Assembly: GCA_900617105.1 (NCBI GenBank)
Contig: UYFQ01000001.1
Span: 5,022,001 to 5,086,000, forward strand
Direction of reading: 5' to 3'
From: Hydrurus foetidus
Lineage: Eukaryota
DNA length: 64,000 nt
Below the pieces are notes generated by a model. That model was given only the letters and a program-made list of their open reading frames with translations, made no database searches and was not told the DNA's origin. Shown piece by piece: positions 20,858 to 31,895 of the stretch; within the stretch, counting starts at the first letter, position 1; each line of letters opens with the position of its first letter. A program made the translations under genes and the position numbers.

Positions 20858-22186
20858 CTAGATTGGATCACGCTCAATCGGGCAGGTCATGCAGTGGCTG
20901 CCGCCCCGCCCTCGCCCCAGCTCGCTGCCAGGAATGGTGATGACTTCAATGCCGGCCTTGCGCAGCAGGGTGTTGGTGTAGGTGTTGCGGTTGTAGGCCA
21001 TGACCACGCCGGGCGCAATGGCCAGCAGGTTGTTGCCGTCGTCCCACTGCTCGCGCTCTGCTTCATAGGCATCTCCACCAGTGGCCACGGTATGCAGCTT
21101 GGGCAGGTTGAGCGCCTCAGCCACCACTTCTAAAAACGGTTTGGATTCAAGCCGCACATCCAGGCTGCCCTCTTGCTTGCCCGGGCGCAAGCTGTGTGTG
21201 CGAATGCCGTCAGTTACTTCAGGGAAAACAGTGACCAAGTCTTCGCGGCAAAAGGTAAACACGGTGTCCATGTGCATGGCGCCACGTGATTTGGGCAGCT
21301 GGGCTGCCAGCACGCGCGTGAATTGGCCGCTGGCAAAAAGACGCCGCGCCAATTGGCTCACCCCCTGCGGTGAAGTGCGCTCACCCATGCCAATTAACAC
21401 CGCGCCGTTGCCAATGGGCATCACGTCGCCGCCCTCAATCGACGCCAAGCCGTGGGGCTCGTCGGGGTCACCCCACCACTCTTGCGGCGGCGTGCCATGC
21501 TTGGCGTCTACCAGCCCAGTCGCCGCGCCTTTGAAGTGCGGGTGAAAGCGGTAAATGGCGGTCATCAACAAAGTTTCTTGCTGGCGAGCGGGCCAAAACA
21601 TGTTGCACAGCACCACGCCCGAGCCAATCCAGCAGCTGCTGTCACGGGTAAACAAGGTATTGGGCAAAGGCGCTGTCAGCAAGTCAGCAGGCGCGCTGAA
21701 CTGCGCCAGCAGGCCGTGTGTGTCAAACGGCACATCGGCTTTGGCAATGCCGCCTATCAAATGCGCGGCAAGCTGAACCGGGGCCATGGCGTCCAGCCAT
21801 GGCCGAAGGAATTGCGCTAGTTCGGCATCTACAAAATCGGAACCCAATTTACGGTCAAGCAGCCAGGAGCGCGCTTTGGCATCGCTGACGGTCTCAAGCA
21901 GCAGGTCATGCATTTCCAGCACCTCAATGCCGCGCTCGACCAGCACACTGGTGAAAGCATCATGGTCAGTGCGCGCCTGCGCGACCCAAATCACATCGTC
22001 AAACAACAAGTCGCGACAATTGTCGGGCGTCAGGCGCTTTTGCGCCAGCCCTGGCCTGCACACAATCACCTTGCGCAGCTTGCCAACTTCAGAATAAAGC
22101 CCGCGCGGCGTGTGCTGCGCCTGTGGGGTGGCGTCTGACGTGCTTAACAACGCTGTGGTGCTACGGTCGGATTCCAATGAGTTCAT
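20858..22186 (-). CDS. arcA: arginine deiminase
   Basis: [40 protein letters not shown]. Confidence 0.96.
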   Translation of the reverse strand: MNSLESDRSTTALLSTSDATPQAQHTPRGLYSEVGKLRKVIVCRPGLAQKRLTPDNCRDLLFDDVIWVAQARTDHDAFTSVLVERGIEVLEMHDLLLETVSDAKARSWLLDRKLGSDFVDAELAQFLRPWLDAMAPVQLAAHLIGGIAKADVPFDTHGLLAQFSAPADLLTAPLPNTLFTRDSSCWIGSGVVLCNMFWPARQQETLLMTAIYRFHPHFKGAATGLVDAKHGTPPQEWWGDPDEPHGLASIEGGDVMPIGNGAVLIGMGERTSPQGVSQLARRLFASGQFTRVLAAQLPKSRGAMHMDTVFTFCREDLVTVFPEVTDGIRTHSLRPGKQEGSLDVRLESKPFLEVVAEALNLPKLHTVATGGDAYEAEREQWDDGNNLLAIAPGVVMAYNRNTYTNTLLRKAGIEVITIPGSELGRGRGGSHCMTCPIERDPI

Positions 22187-22247
22187 GGCAAGTGTGTCCT
22201 TTACAGGCGGTGAAAACGTCTCGGGCCAAAGCAGTCGCATGACGCGG

Positions 22248-23693
22248 CTACAGCGTTATTTGCTTACTTGCCAATTGGTATGCAGCAAGTGCGGCCAATG
22301 CGACCAACGCCGCCAAAATAGCCCACTCCGTTTTAGTGAAGGCTGTTTGACTGCGCTGGTGTTTGGCCCAAAAATACAAGGCCGCGCCCGGCGCATAAAG
22401 CAATGCACTTAGCAGCAAGTACTTGGGCCCAGCGGCGTACAACAGCCACAGGCAGTAAACCGATGCGAGTACCGTAACCGGCTTTTCCCAACGGCTATTT
22501 GCTATTTTTTCAGTAGCTGCTTGCGCCCTATTTTGTTGGGTAAAAGCCACTTTTGCACCGTAAATGGCACTAAAAAGGTAGGGCAGCAAGATCATGGCGG
22601 TTGACAGCGAAATCAACGCCAGGTACGACGCTTTAGACACCAGCGTCAGTATTAAAAACAGCTGCACCATGATGTTGGTCAGCCACAGCGCGTTGGCGGG
22701 CACGCCTTTGCTGTTGAGCTTGGTCAGCGCACGCGGCATTACGCCGCCTTGCGCGGGCGTAAAAAGCGACTCGGCGGCCAGTAAAGTCCAGGCTAAAAAG
22801 CCGCCACCCACAGACACGATCAGGCCAATGTAAATTACCAGCGCGCCCCAGTGGCCCACGGCTTTTTCAAGCACGGGCGCCATCGACGGGTTTTTGAGCA
22901 GCGCCAGCTCGGGTTGCGACATCAAACCCAGCGACAACAGCGACACCGCGCTAAGCAGCGCCAAGCAGATTAAAAAACCAATCACGGTTGCGCGCCCCAC
23001 ATCGGCGCGGTTTTGCGCCCTGGCCGAATAAACGCTGGCGCCCTCAATGCCAATGAACACCCACACCGTGACCAGCATGGTGCTTTTAACCTGGTTGAGC
23101 ACGCTGCCCAGCTCAACGTCGCCCCAAAAATCGAGCTTGAAAGTGGCACTGTCAAACACCGATGCCAACACAACAATAAAAAGCAGCAGCGGCAAAATTT
23201 TGGCCACAGTGACAACAGCATTAAGCACCGTTGCGCCTTGTATGCCGCGCAGCACCAGCGCGTGTACCACCCACAGCACCACCGATGCGCCAATAACGGC
23301 CTGCGGCGTGTTGCCCTCTCCAAACGCCGGGTAAAAGTAGCCCAACGCGCTGAACGCGGCGACCAGGTAGCCTACATTGCCGATCCACGCTGATATCCAG
23401 TACCCCCAGGCGGCGTTAAAGCCAACATAGTCGCCTGAAAGCTCTCGTGCATAGGCATAAATGCCGTTGTCAAGCTCTGGCTTGCGGGTTGCCAGCATTT
23501 GGTAAACAAAGGCCAACATCAGCATGCCCACGCCTGTGATCACCCAGCCCAAAACGATCGCGCCCGCGCCAGCGCCAACCGCCATGTTTTGTGGAAGGCC
23601 AAAAATTCCGCTACCGATGATCGAGCCAACCACCAGTGCTATCAGCAAGCTCAGGCCTAGTTTTTTGGGTGGAGCGGCTGGCTTGGTAGGCAT
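22248..23693 (-). CDS. arcD: arginine/ornithine antiporter
   Basis: [31 protein letters not shown]. Confidence 0.94.
   Translation of the reverse strand: MPTKPAAPPKKLGLSLLIALVVGSIIGSGIFGLPQNMAVGAGAGAIVLGWVITGVGMLMLAFVYQMLATRKPELDNGIYAYARELSGDYVGFNAAWGYWISAWIGNVGYLVAAFSALGYFYPAFGEGNTPQAVIGASVVLWVVHALVLRGIQGATVLNAVVTVAKILPLLLFIVVLASVFDSATFKLDFWGDVELGSVLNQVKSTMLVTVWVFIGIEGASVYSARAQNRADVGRATVIGFLICLALLSAVSLLSLGLMSQPELALLKNPSMAPVLEKAVGHWGALVIYIGLIVSVGGGFLAWTLLAAESLFTPAQGGVMPRALTKLNSKGVPANALWLTNIMVQLFLILTLVSKASYLALISLSTAMILLPYLFSAIYGAKVAFTQQNRAQAATEKIANSRWEKPVTVLASVYCLWLLYAAGPKYLLLSALLYAPGAALYFWAKHQRSQTAFTKTEWAILAALVALAALAAYQLASKQITL
22501..22548 (+). repeat. REP-like element copy 4, in-frame inside arcD
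   Basis: GCTATTTTTTCAGTAGCTGCTTGCGCCCTATTTTGTTGGG; encodes [15 protein letters not shown]. Confidence 0.8.
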
Positions 23694-23760
23694 ATCTTTT
23701 TTGACGTCGGCGTTGGGTTGAAAGGCAAAACCAACTGTGCCTACGCGATGCGGTGAGTTC

Positions 23761-23776
23761 TGTGCGCCAGCGCACA
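23761..23776. promoter_or_regulatory. candidate Crp/Fnr-family site between arcD and the porin
   Basis: Perfect TGTGCG-CCAG-CGCACA; CACAGT 21 nt away toward arcD. Confidence 0.6.
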
Positions 23777-23894
23777 TAAGCACCCGCCTGCTGCGCCGCA
23801 TGTGTGTAGTCCAAAAGCTCAAGGTGCGCTGGCAACGGTTTTAGCACCGCACACTCAGTGCGCATGTGCTTGCTGTTTTTACGGGCTTAACGTT

Positions 23895-25019
23895 ATGAAA
23901 TCTTCACACCTGTTGCGTCTCTCGTTCATTTCTACGTATTTAATAGCAAACAGCTCAATGAATGCTTGGGCTCAAGAGCCAGTCAAACCATCAGAACAGC
24001 CACAGGTAACTTCCCCAAGCTTCAAGTTTTATGGCTTGATTGAAGGCCACGCCATTCGCGACTTTGGACAAAGCGGCCCGTCCGACATCTTCACAGACTT
24101 GGCATTTCAGCCACTTGACAATTCAGGCGGCCCAACTGGAAAAACCCGCTACACCGGCGAAACCAGCCGTTTTGGCTTTGATGCATCAACGCCCGTCAAT
24201 GGCGTGCCATTGGCAGCAAAACTTGAATTCGACTTTTACGGCTACAGCCCAGACAAGCAAAACAAGCCCAGCCTGCGGCAGGCCTACGCCGAATACGGCG
24301 GTTGGCTGGTGGGCAAAACCTGGTCAACTTTCATGGACCTGGACGGTCTGCCCGAAACGGTCGACTTCAATGGCCCCATCGGAGCGCCGTTTTCTCGCCG
24401 CGTCATGCTGCGCTACGCTTGGGGCGACGCTGACAAGGGCCACAAATGGACGGTGGCAATCGAGCAACCCAAAGACCAGTTTGCAGGCGGCAGCAGCAAC
24501 GAAAAGCTGCCAATTTTTGTGGCGCGAGTAGACAAAACGCTTGCCAACGGTGCGTATAACTTTCGCATCATGACGCACGAAAAACGCAGCCCGACGATTA
24601 GCAAACGTGGCTATGGTTTCGGTGTGGGCGGGCGCTACAAGCTGTCTGACAAAGGCACACTGATGGCGCAGTACACACGGGTCGATGGCGACATCGACAT
24701 GCTGTACGGCTCTAATGGGTACGCCATTGACCCGGCTACCGGCGCGCTGTCTTTTGATAAAAACCAAGGCCTTGTGTTGGGTTATGCACGAGTCTTTTCC
24801 GAGCAGCTTAGAAGCAATGTGGCGCTGGGCTTTAACCATGGAAAAACGGCGCAAGCCATTGACAACCGCTCCCTCAAGCAGATTTTTGCCAACTTGATCT
24901 ACACGCCCCTGAAGGGTTTGGATTTAGGGATGGAACTGATCTATGGCCAGCGAAAAAACTTTACCAGTGATGTAGGCACCATGCGCCGGCTGGACCTGAT
25001 GGCGCGCTACAGCTTTTGA
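23895..25019 (+). CDS. DcaP-like outer-membrane porin
   Basis: Signal peptide; SRFG, LRQAY, GKTWSTFMD, PETVDFNG; C-terminal YSF. Confidence 0.8.
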   Translation: MKSSHLLRLSFISTYLIANSSMNAWAQEPVKPSEQPQVTSPSFKFYGLIEGHAIRDFGQSGPSDIFTDLAFQPLDNSGGPTGKTRYTGETSRFGFDASTPVNGVPLAAKLEFDFYGYSPDKQNKPSLRQAYAEYGGWLVGKTWSTFMDLDGLPETVDFNGPIGAPFSRRVMLRYAWGDADKGHKWTVAIEQPKDQFAGGSSNEKLPIFVARVDKTLANGAYNFRIMTHEKRSPTISKRGYGFGVGGRYKLSDKGTLMAQYTRVDGDIDMLYGSNGYAIDPATGALSFDKNQGLVLGYARVFSEQLRSNVALGFNHGKTAQAIDNRSLKQIFANLIYTPLKGLDLGMELIYGQRKNFTSDVGTMRRLDLMARYSF

Positions 25020-25023
25020 CCGT

Positions 25024-26403
25024 ATGAGTCCATCAGTTGCACCTTCCTCGAACTTGACTGTTCTGGCAAAACCTGCGCCCACTCTGCCCCCGCCCACTTT
25101 GCCCGAGCCCAAAAAGCAGGCCGAAAAGATAAAAAAAACCATCCCACCGCGCACGTGGCTCAAAATTGGTTTGGGCGCGCTTGTGGTCATTGCGCTGGCG
25201 CTTTACCTGCTGCGCAACGTGCTGCTTGGCACACCGACCACTGTGCATGCCGCGACCAGCGCTGAGCTGGTGCAAAGCGTGGTGGCCAGCGGCCGGGTTA
25301 TTTCGCCCCAGCGGGTCACAGTGGCATTGCAAGGCTCAGGCCGGGTGCTGCGGGTTGCCGTTGCTGAAGGCCAATCTGTCGAAGCTGGGCAACTGCTGAT
25401 TGAGCTGGACAACAGCGACGGCCGCGCCAGCCTGGCTCAAGCCAGTGCAGCGGTAGCGCAGGCGCAGGCCAAGTTACGGCAACGGGGCGAGCTTAGCCAG
25501 CCGCAGGCCGTGCAAGCGCTGGCACAAGCCCAAGCCACTGCTCTACAAGCACGCAAGACGCTAGACCGCAACCGTGATTTGGTGGCACAAGGCTTTATCA
25601 GTCAGGCGGCAGCAGACGATTCACAGCGTGCCTTGGATGTGGCCGCCAGCCAGGTCAGCAGTGCCCAAGCGCTGGTTAAAAGCAATGCCGCTGGGGGTAG
25701 CGATGCCTTGCTGCTTGAGGCCGCGCTGCGCGAGGCACTGGCCGGACAACAATTGGCGCGTGCCAAATTAGACCAAGGCCTTGTCTATGCGCCCAGCAGC
25801 GGCGTGCTGATTTCACGAAGCGTAGAAGTGGGCGACGTTGTGCAACCCGGCAAGGCATTGATGGTGCTGGCAGCCAGCGGGCAACCGCAAATTTTGATTC
25901 AAATTGACGAAAAGAACCTGTCAAAAATAGCGCTTGGGCAAAAGGCATTTGGCTCGGCCGACGCGTTTGCCAGCCAGCGCTTTGATGCGGTGGTGGGCTA
26001 CATCAACCCCGGCATAGACGCTGCGCGCGGTTCGGTCGAGGTCAAACTCAACGTCGCCAACCCGCCGGCCTACTTGCGCCAAGACATGACCGTGTCGGTT
26101 GATATTGAAACAGCGCGCCGCACAGCCACCGTGGTAGTACCCACCAGCGCCCTGGAAGACGCCGCCACCGACAAACCATGGGTACTGGTAGTGCGCGGCA
26201 AACATGCAGTTAAGCAATTCGTCACGCTTGGCCTTTTGGGCGACACGCGGGTTGAAGTGCTGCAAGGCGTCACAGCCGGCGAAGGCGTTATCCCGAAGTC
26301 AAAAGTTGGCATCAAAGCAGGCCAGCGAGTGCGCGCCAAGGTGCAAGCTGTGCCCCCGCCAGCCGCGCCACATGCGGCTGGTAAAGACCCGATGGGGCCA
26401 TAG
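25024..26403 (+). CDS. efflux periplasmic adaptor (MacA/HlyD-like)
   Basis: N-terminal TM, ASGRV, VAEGQSV, coiled-coil, APSSG. Confidence 0.9.
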   Translation: MSPSVAPSSNLTVLAKPAPTLPPPTLPEPKKQAEKIKKTIPPRTWLKIGLGALVVIALALYLLRNVLLGTPTTVHAATSAELVQSVVASGRVISPQRVTVALQGSGRVLRVAVAEGQSVEAGQLLIELDNSDGRASLAQASAAVAQAQAKLRQRGELSQPQAVQALAQAQATALQARKTLDRNRDLVAQGFISQAAADDSQRALDVAASQVSSAQALVKSNAAGGSDALLLEAALREALAGQQLARAKLDQGLVYAPSSGVLISRSVEVGDVVQPGKALMVLAASGQPQILIQIDEKNLSKIALGQKAFGSADAFASQRFDAVVGYINPGIDAARGSVEVKLNVANPPAYLRQDMTVSVDIETARRTATVVVPTSALEDAATDKPWVLVVRGKHAVKQFVTLGLLGDTRVEVLQGVTAGEGVIPKSKVGIKAGQRVRAKVQAVPPPAAPHAAGKDPMGP

Positions 26404-26427
26404 AGTTTTTGTCATGAATTTTTCGCC

Positions 26428-27654
26428 ATGAACCCGTTGCTTCCGTTCGAGTGGGTGTTAGCCACGCGCTTTCTGCGTGAAGGCTTATTGCAAACTCTTT
26501 TCATTGTTTCCGGCGTGGCCTTGGGCGTGTCGGTCATTGTGTTTATGTCGGCGCTGCTGACGGGCTTGCAAAGCAGTATTTTCAAAACACTGCTGGACTA
26601 CCAGGCGCAAATTGTCATTTCACCTCCAGACGAAGCGCCCCGCACGTTAAGACAAAACGGCGATAGCGAATTTGCCACGCTGGTGCAGCCAAGGGCGCAG
26701 CGCCCCCGCTCTATCGACCAGTGGCAAAAAGTACGTGCTGTCACGCTGGGCATACCCGGGGTGCTGGTGGTTGCGCCGGTAGTTGACGGCGCGGCTTTTA
26801 TCGTACGCGGTGATGCGAATACCGGCGTGTCGATGCGCGGCATTGAGCCTGAGAGCTACCTGCGCCTGATTGCCTTAAAAGAAAAAATCATTGCGGGTAG
26901 TGCCGAGCTGGGCAGCACCGACATCGTGATCGGCAGCAAGCTGGCCCAAGACTTGGGCGTAGGTAAAGGAGACAAGCTCACTTTGCAAGCAGCTTCAGGC
27001 GTGTCCACCGTGCTGTTTGTGTCGGGTATTTTTGACTTTGGCAACCAGGGGCAAAACACCGGCAGTGTTTATGTGGCGCTGCGCACCGCGCAAAGCTTGC
27101 TCGCCCTGCCGGGCAGCGTGACCAGCCTGCAACTGAAGGTTGCCACGCCATTTGATGCGGAAGCTCTGGCACAACAAATTGAAGCGCAACCGGGCATCAA
27201 AGTTGAAAGCTGGATTAAAACCAATGCCGAGTTTTTCAAGGCGCTGTCGGGCCAAACCATGTCGTTTTTCATCATTCGCCTCTTCGTTGGTTTAACGGCG
27301 GCACTGGGCATTGCCAGCGTGTTGGTGGTGTCGGTGGTGCAAAAGTCTAAAGAAATCGGCATATTGCGGGCCACAGGCACCACGCGCGGGCAGATCCTTG
27401 GCGTATTTTTATTGCAAGGCGCGATTTTGGGTTTGTTGGGCTCGCTGTTTGGCTCGCTGATGGGCTGGCTTTTTTTGGTTGCCTGGCGCGGCTTTGCCGT
27501 TAACGATGAAGGCGTGCCGTTTTTTACGCTGGAGGCCGGGCCCAGCCTGTACCTGGCTGTGGCCGCAGGTGCCACGCTGGTTGGCACGCTGTCGGCCTTG
27601 TTCCCCGCTCAGCGCGCGGCACGGCTTGACCCCGCGGTGGCTATTCGTGGTTAA
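26428..27654 (+). CDS. ABC transporter permease (MacB/LolC/FtsX-like)
   Basis: [20 protein letters not shown]. Confidence 0.9.
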   Translation: MNPLLPFEWVLATRFLREGLLQTLFIVSGVALGVSVIVFMSALLTGLQSSIFKTLLDYQAQIVISPPDEAPRTLRQNGDSEFATLVQPRAQRPRSIDQWQKVRAVTLGIPGVLVVAPVVDGAAFIVRGDANTGVSMRGIEPESYLRLIALKEKIIAGSAELGSTDIVIGSKLAQDLGVGKGDKLTLQAASGVSTVLFVSGIFDFGNQGQNTGSVYVALRTAQSLLALPGSVTSLQLKVATPFDAEALAQQIEAQPGIKVESWIKTNAEFFKALSGQTMSFFIIRLFVGLTAALGIASVLVVSVVQKSKEIGILRATGTTRGQILGVFLLQGAILGLLGSLFGSLMGWLFLVAWRGFAVNDEGVPFFTLEAGPSLYLAVAAGATLVGTLSALFPAQRAARLDPAVAIRG

Positions 27655-28417
27655 CACCCCAACGCAGTTCACTGATGCGGCAACCTTGCAGTTGCAGGAC
27701 ATTCGCAAGTCTTACGGAACGGGTACATCGCATGAGACTGAAGTGCTACACGGTATCAATTTAAGCCTGGCACGCGGTGAATTTGCCGCACTGATTGGGC
27801 CATCTGGCTCCGGCAAAAGCACGCTGCTCAACATCATTGGCCTGCTCGACAAACCCAGTGCCGGAAAGCTGTTTTTAACTGGCCAGGAGGCTGAAAACCT
27901 CCCCGACAAAGCACTTACCCGCCTGAGAGGCGACGCCATTGGCTTTGTGTTTCAGTTTCACAACCTGCTACCGGCCTTTACTGCGATAGAAAACGTCATG
28001 TTGCCCCTGATGGCTGCGCGCGGCAGGCCAGACGCCGCCATGCGCACGCGCGCTGAAGACCTGATCGAAAAGGTAGGCCTTAAACCGTGGGGCCATCATT
28101 TGGCTAACGATTTGTCCGGCGGACAACAACAGCGCGTGGCGATTGCACGGGCCTTGGTGATGCAGCCTGCCCTTGTACTGGCTGATGAGCCAACCGGAAA
28201 CCTCGACACGCTGTCAGCCGACACGATTTTTGACCTGATGCGTAACGTGAGCCGCACCAGCGGCACTACGTTTTTGATCGTCACCCACGACCCCCGCTTA
28301 GCCAAACGCTGCGACCGCATCATTGAGCTGGTCGACGGGCGAATTGATTCAGACAAAGCCAACGCCGCCACGCAAAGTGGCATCGGCATTGACAGCGTTG
28401 ATTCATCACCTGCGTAA
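27647..28417 (+). CDS. ABC transporter ATP-binding protein (LolD-like)
   Basis: [25 protein letters not shown]. Confidence 0.93.
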   Translation: MVNTPTQFTDAATLQLQDIRKSYGTGTSHETEVLHGINLSLARGEFAALIGPSGSGKSTLLNIIGLLDKPSAGKLFLTGQEAENLPDKALTRLRGDAIGFVFQFHNLLPAFTAIENVMLPLMAARGRPDAAMRTRAEDLIEKVGLKPWGHHLANDLSGGQQQRVAIARALVMQPALVLADEPTGNLDTLSADTIFDLMRNVSRTSGTTFLIVTHDPRLAKRCDRIIELVDGRIDSDKANAATQSGIGIDSVDSSPA

Positions 28418-28421
28418 GCAA

Positions 28422-28437
28422 AGTGCGCTGCCGTACA
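28422..28437. promoter_or_regulatory. candidate Crp/Fnr-family site
   Basis: AGTGCG-CTGC-CGTACA; AACTAT 21 nt downstream. Confidence 0.55.
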
Positions 28438-28514
28438 GACAAACGCCGCGCCACGCTTAACTATCACTGACGGCTACTTGTTCCGCTTTGCAACCTAAAA
28501 CGGAGTCACGCATC

Positions 28515-28865
28515 ATGAATTCAAAACATCAATGGCTGGCATGTGCAGCGCTGGCAAGCCTTAGCTCAGTTGCTTGTGCACAGGCTACGCCTTCGGTGAC
28601 GCGCGGCGAGCTGCTTTACAGCACCCACTGCATTACCTGCCACACCACACAAATGCATTGGCGCGAAGATAAAAAAGCTTACGACTGGGACAGCCTGAAA
28701 TTTCAGGTTCGCCGCTGGCAAGGCAATACCGGCCTGACGTGGAGCGACGCTGACATTGCAGAGGTGTCACGCTACTTGAACGACACCACTTACCACTACC
28801 CGCAGGTCAACGACCGTGTTGGTCTTGTGTCTGGCGGCAACACTCCATCAATGCCACGAAAGTAA
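28515..28865 (+). CDS. small periplasmic mono-heme cytochrome c
   Basis: Signal peptide; GELLYSTHCITCH. Confidence 0.85.
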   Translation: MNSKHQWLACAALASLSSVACAQATPSVTRGELLYSTHCITCHTTQMHWREDKKAYDWDSLKFQVRRWQGNTGLTWSDADIAEVSRYLNDTTYHYPQVNDRVGLVSGGNTPSMPRK

Positions 28866-28868
28866 CGT

Positions 28869-29450
28869 ATGTCCAAACGCATCCTCTTGATTCAGGGCCA
28901 CCCTGATGCCAGCGAACCACATTTGTGCCACGCGCTGGCAGCCAGCTACAACGTAGGTGCGCAAAGTGTCGGCCACAGCGTTAAGCACGTTAATGTGGCG
29001 GAGCTGGACTTCCCCTTGCTGCGAAGTCAAAAAGATTTTCAAACGGGTGTAGTGCCAACCAGCCTCAAGCCCATTCAAAATGACTTGCTGTGGGCTGAGC
29101 ATCTGGTCATTTTCTTTCCGCTGTGGGCGGGCGACATGCCAGCATTACTTAAGGGCTTTTTTGAGCAACTCATTCGCCCGTCATTTAGTGGAGAGCATGT
29201 GAGCTTCTTTGACAAAAAGGTTTTGTCGGGTCGATCCGCCCGCGTCGTTGTCACCATGGGCATGCCAGCCATGATTTACCGTTACTACTTTCGCGCCCAC
29301 AGCATCAAGTCACTAGAGCGCAACTTGCTGGGCATCGTTGGTATTGCGCCTGTGCATGAGACGCTGATTGGCCTGGCTTACAACATGAACCCGGCTGATG
29401 CAACCAGGTGGCTAACCAAGCTCAAACGCCTTGGGGAAAGGGCTGAGTAA
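28869..29450 (+). CDS. NAD(P)H:quinone oxidoreductase (flavodoxin-like fold)
   Basis: IQGHPD, FPLWAGDMPALLKGF, VVTMGMP. Confidence 0.88.
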   Translation: MSKRILLIQGHPDASEPHLCHALAASYNVGAQSVGHSVKHVNVAELDFPLLRSQKDFQTGVVPTSLKPIQNDLLWAEHLVIFFPLWAGDMPALLKGFFEQLIRPSFSGEHVSFFDKKVLSGRSARVVVTMGMPAMIYRYYFRAHSIKSLERNLLGIVGIAPVHETLIGLAYNMNPADATRWLTKLKRLGERAE

Positions 29451-29480
29451 GCTGGAAAGGCTTATCGAAGGATCAGCCAA

Positions 29481-30120
29481 ATGAAACGTCCTACACCTTG
29501 GCTCGCCGCACCTGCAATCGTGCTTGTCGTCGCGGCCTTGTGGATAGCCTCGCGATTCAACAGCGACATAAAAGCGGCTAGTGCCAAGGCAGCGCTTGGC
29601 AGCGTGCTGATCAATACACGCTGCGGCCCGATTGAATACCAGGAAGCTGGCACGGGCACGCCACTGCTGATGGTGCACGGCAGCGGTGGCGGTCATGACC
29701 AGGGTATGGCGTTTGCGTCTAAGCTGACCCAGCGCGGCATTCGCGTGATTGCCATGTCGCGCTTTGGTTACCTTCGCACGCTCATGCCGCTTGACGCTTC
29801 GCCTGCAGCGCAAGCCGATGCGCATGTTTGCTTGCTAGATGCGCTGGGCGTAGCAAAAGCGGCGGTGTTGGGTGGCTCAGCCGGTGGCCCGTCAGCACTG
29901 CAAATGGCTATTCGGCACCCTGCCCGTGTCCGTGCGCTGGTGCTGCTGGTGCCGCTGGCTTACAAACCCGGCACAACTGCCGACTCCGCACAACCCTTGG
30001 CACTCTGGGCTGAATCGCTGCTAATGCAAATGATCAGTTCCGACTTTCTTTTTTGGGCTGCTTTGCATATGGCTCGTGAACGGGTCATTGAATACGTCCT
30101 GGCCACGCCACCCGAATGTA
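29481..30120 (+). pseudogene. alpha/beta hydrolase, 3'-truncated
   Basis: HGSGGG and GGSAGG nucleophile elbow present; the frame then runs into an ArsR remnant with no catalytic Asp/His region. Confidence 0.7.
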
Positions 30121-30237
30121 GGCGTGGTCACTACCCGCCGCCAAGGCAAAAACATTTACTACAGCGTGGCCGACGCGCGAACGCTTGAAATTTTGGTGCT
30201 GCTGCACCGCCTTTACTGCCCCGAAGGAAAAAACTAA
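30121..30237 (+). pseudogene. 3' remnant of an ArsR/SmtB (BigR/SqrR-like) repressor
   Basis: Alternative frame reads GVVTTRRQGKNIYYSVADARTLEILVLLHRLYCPEGKN*; the TAA overlaps the YeeE ATG. Confidence 0.8.
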
Positions 30238-30686
30238 TGCCTATTGAGTTGATGACTATTGACTGGAATGCGTTTACGCCGTGGTCATCGCTTTTGGGCG
30301 GGATGTTGATTGGCCTGGCAGCCGCCCTGTTTTTGCTGCTTAACGGCCGTATTGCAGGCATCAGCGGTGTGCTGGGCGGGCTGCTGGCGCCTGCGCGGGG
30401 TGACGTGCTTTGGCGGGTAGCGTTTATCGGCGGCATCGTGGTTGCGCCGCTGGCCTACGCCATTTTTCTCACTGTGCCTCAAATTCAAATTGACGCCGAC
30501 TACCCTGCATTGATTGTTGCGGGGCTGCTGGTCGGCGTGGGCACGCGCTACGGTGCGGGCTGCACCAGCGGGCACGGTGTGTGCGGCCTGTCGCGCTTGT
30601 CTCTTCGGTCACTGGTGGCGACGGGTGCATTCATGGGTGCGGGCTTTATCACTGTATTTGTGCTGCGCCATGTTTTAAGTTTTTAA
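30237..30686 (+). CDS. YeeE/YedE family sulfur-compound transporter
   Basis: GRIAGISG, GCTSGHGVCG. Confidence 0.92.
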   Translation: MPIELMTIDWNAFTPWSSLLGGMLIGLAAALFLLLNGRIAGISGVLGGLLAPARGDVLWRVAFIGGIVVAPLAYAIFLTVPQIQIDADYPALIVAGLLVGVGTRYGAGCTSGHGVCGLSRLSLRSLVATGAFMGAGFITVFVLRHVLSF

Positions 30687-30696
30687 AGGAACAGGC

Positions 30697-31134
30697 ATGT
30701 TTGTTTTATCTGCGTTGTTGTCAGGCTTGGTATTCGGCTTGGGGCTTATCGTCTCAAGCATGGCGAATCCCGCAAAAGTGCTGGGCTTTTTAGACCTGGC
30801 CGGCGCTTGGGATCCTTCTTTGGCTTTGGTCATGGCGGGTTCCATTTCGGTCGGTTTTTTTGCCTTTTTAGTTGCCAAAAAACGTACGCTTTCGTACATA
30901 GGCGCAGACATGAAGCTGCCCACGTCGTCAAGCATTGACCGTAGTTTGTTAACCGGCAGCGCCCTGTTTGGCGCGGGCTGGGGAGTAGCCGGGTTTTGCC
31001 CCGGCCCAGGCTTGGTGGCGCTCGGCATGGGCGAGCCCAAAGCGCTGATGTTTGTGGCCGCCATGCTGGTCGGCATGTTGATATTTACTTGGCGTGAAAA
31101 GCATCCACGTGTTGCAGCAGTCAGCACCACATGA
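30697..31134 (+). CDS. YeeE/YedE family protein (second subunit)
   Basis: KVLGFLD, WDPSL, GFCPGP. Confidence 0.9.
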   Translation: MFVLSALLSGLVFGLGLIVSSMANPAKVLGFLDLAGAWDPSLALVMAGSISVGFFAFLVAKKRTLSYIGADMKLPTSSSIDRSLLTGSALFGAGWGVAGFCPGPGLVALGMGEPKALMFVAAMLVGMLIFTWREKHPRVAAVSTT

Positions 31135-31144
31135 AAGCAGCCGT

Positions 31145-31783
31145 ATGAACACCTTAACGGCCTGGCTGGCAGCTGGCATCACGGTGAGTGTGCTCGTGGC
31201 TTACGAGCTGGCTTTGCTGTGGATGCAACGCCGCAACCCGACTTTGCTGGCGCGCGCGGCACATGCCAACTTGCGCGAAGAGTGGTTTGCAGCCCTGTCA
31301 AAGCAACCTGGCTCGGAAATTTTGGCAGTACAAACGCTGCGTAACTCACTGATGTCTGCCACCATGACAGCGTCTACCGCTGCACTGGGCTTGATTGGTG
31401 CGGCCACGCTGCTGGCGCCTTCACTCAATTCATCTTTTGGCACAGCTGACAACATGGCTCGCCATTTCAGCGCCGGCCTGGTCATGGAACTGGTGCTGAT
31501 GGGTGTGCTGTTTGCATCGCTGGTCTGCTCGGCCATGGCGGTGCGCTACTACAACCACGCCGGTTTCATTTTGTCGATGCCGGTTGCCTCAAGCGAACGC
31601 ACGCAATGGGGGCCTACCGCAGTGGCTTACTTGCGCCGTGCAGGCCTGCTGTACAGCTGGGGCCTGCGCCACTTGTTGATGGTGGCACCCTTACTGGTGT
31701 TTATCGTTTATCCGCTGGCCGGGCCTGTGGCTGCGCTGATGGTGGTGGCTGCACTTTTTGCGTTCGACAGGTTCCAGACCTAA
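31145..31783 (+). CDS. DUF599-like membrane protein
   Basis: ILAVQTLRNSLM, AVRYYNH, WGLR. Confidence 0.75.
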   Translation: MNTLTAWLAAGITVSVLVAYELALLWMQRRNPTLLARAAHANLREEWFAALSKQPGSEILAVQTLRNSLMSATMTASTAALGLIGAATLLAPSLNSSFGTADNMARHFSAGLVMELVLMGVLFASLVCSAMAVRYYNHAGFILSMPVASSERTQWGPTAVAYLRRAGLLYSWGLRHLLMVAPLLVFIVYPLAGPVAALMVVAALFAFDRFQT

Positions 31784-31895
31784 GAGCTCGGGCGGCAGCC
31801 GGAACGTCGCCTGCAAATTCCGTATTTGTCTGACAGCTTTATGGCGCGCGCTGATTTAACCTGAACCCGGTTGCGTCATTCGCAAAGGGACGTTC

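Noticed and set aside
25024..28417. ABC exporter without an outer-membrane factor as a novelty
   Set aside because: TolC-like partners are commonly encoded elsewhere.
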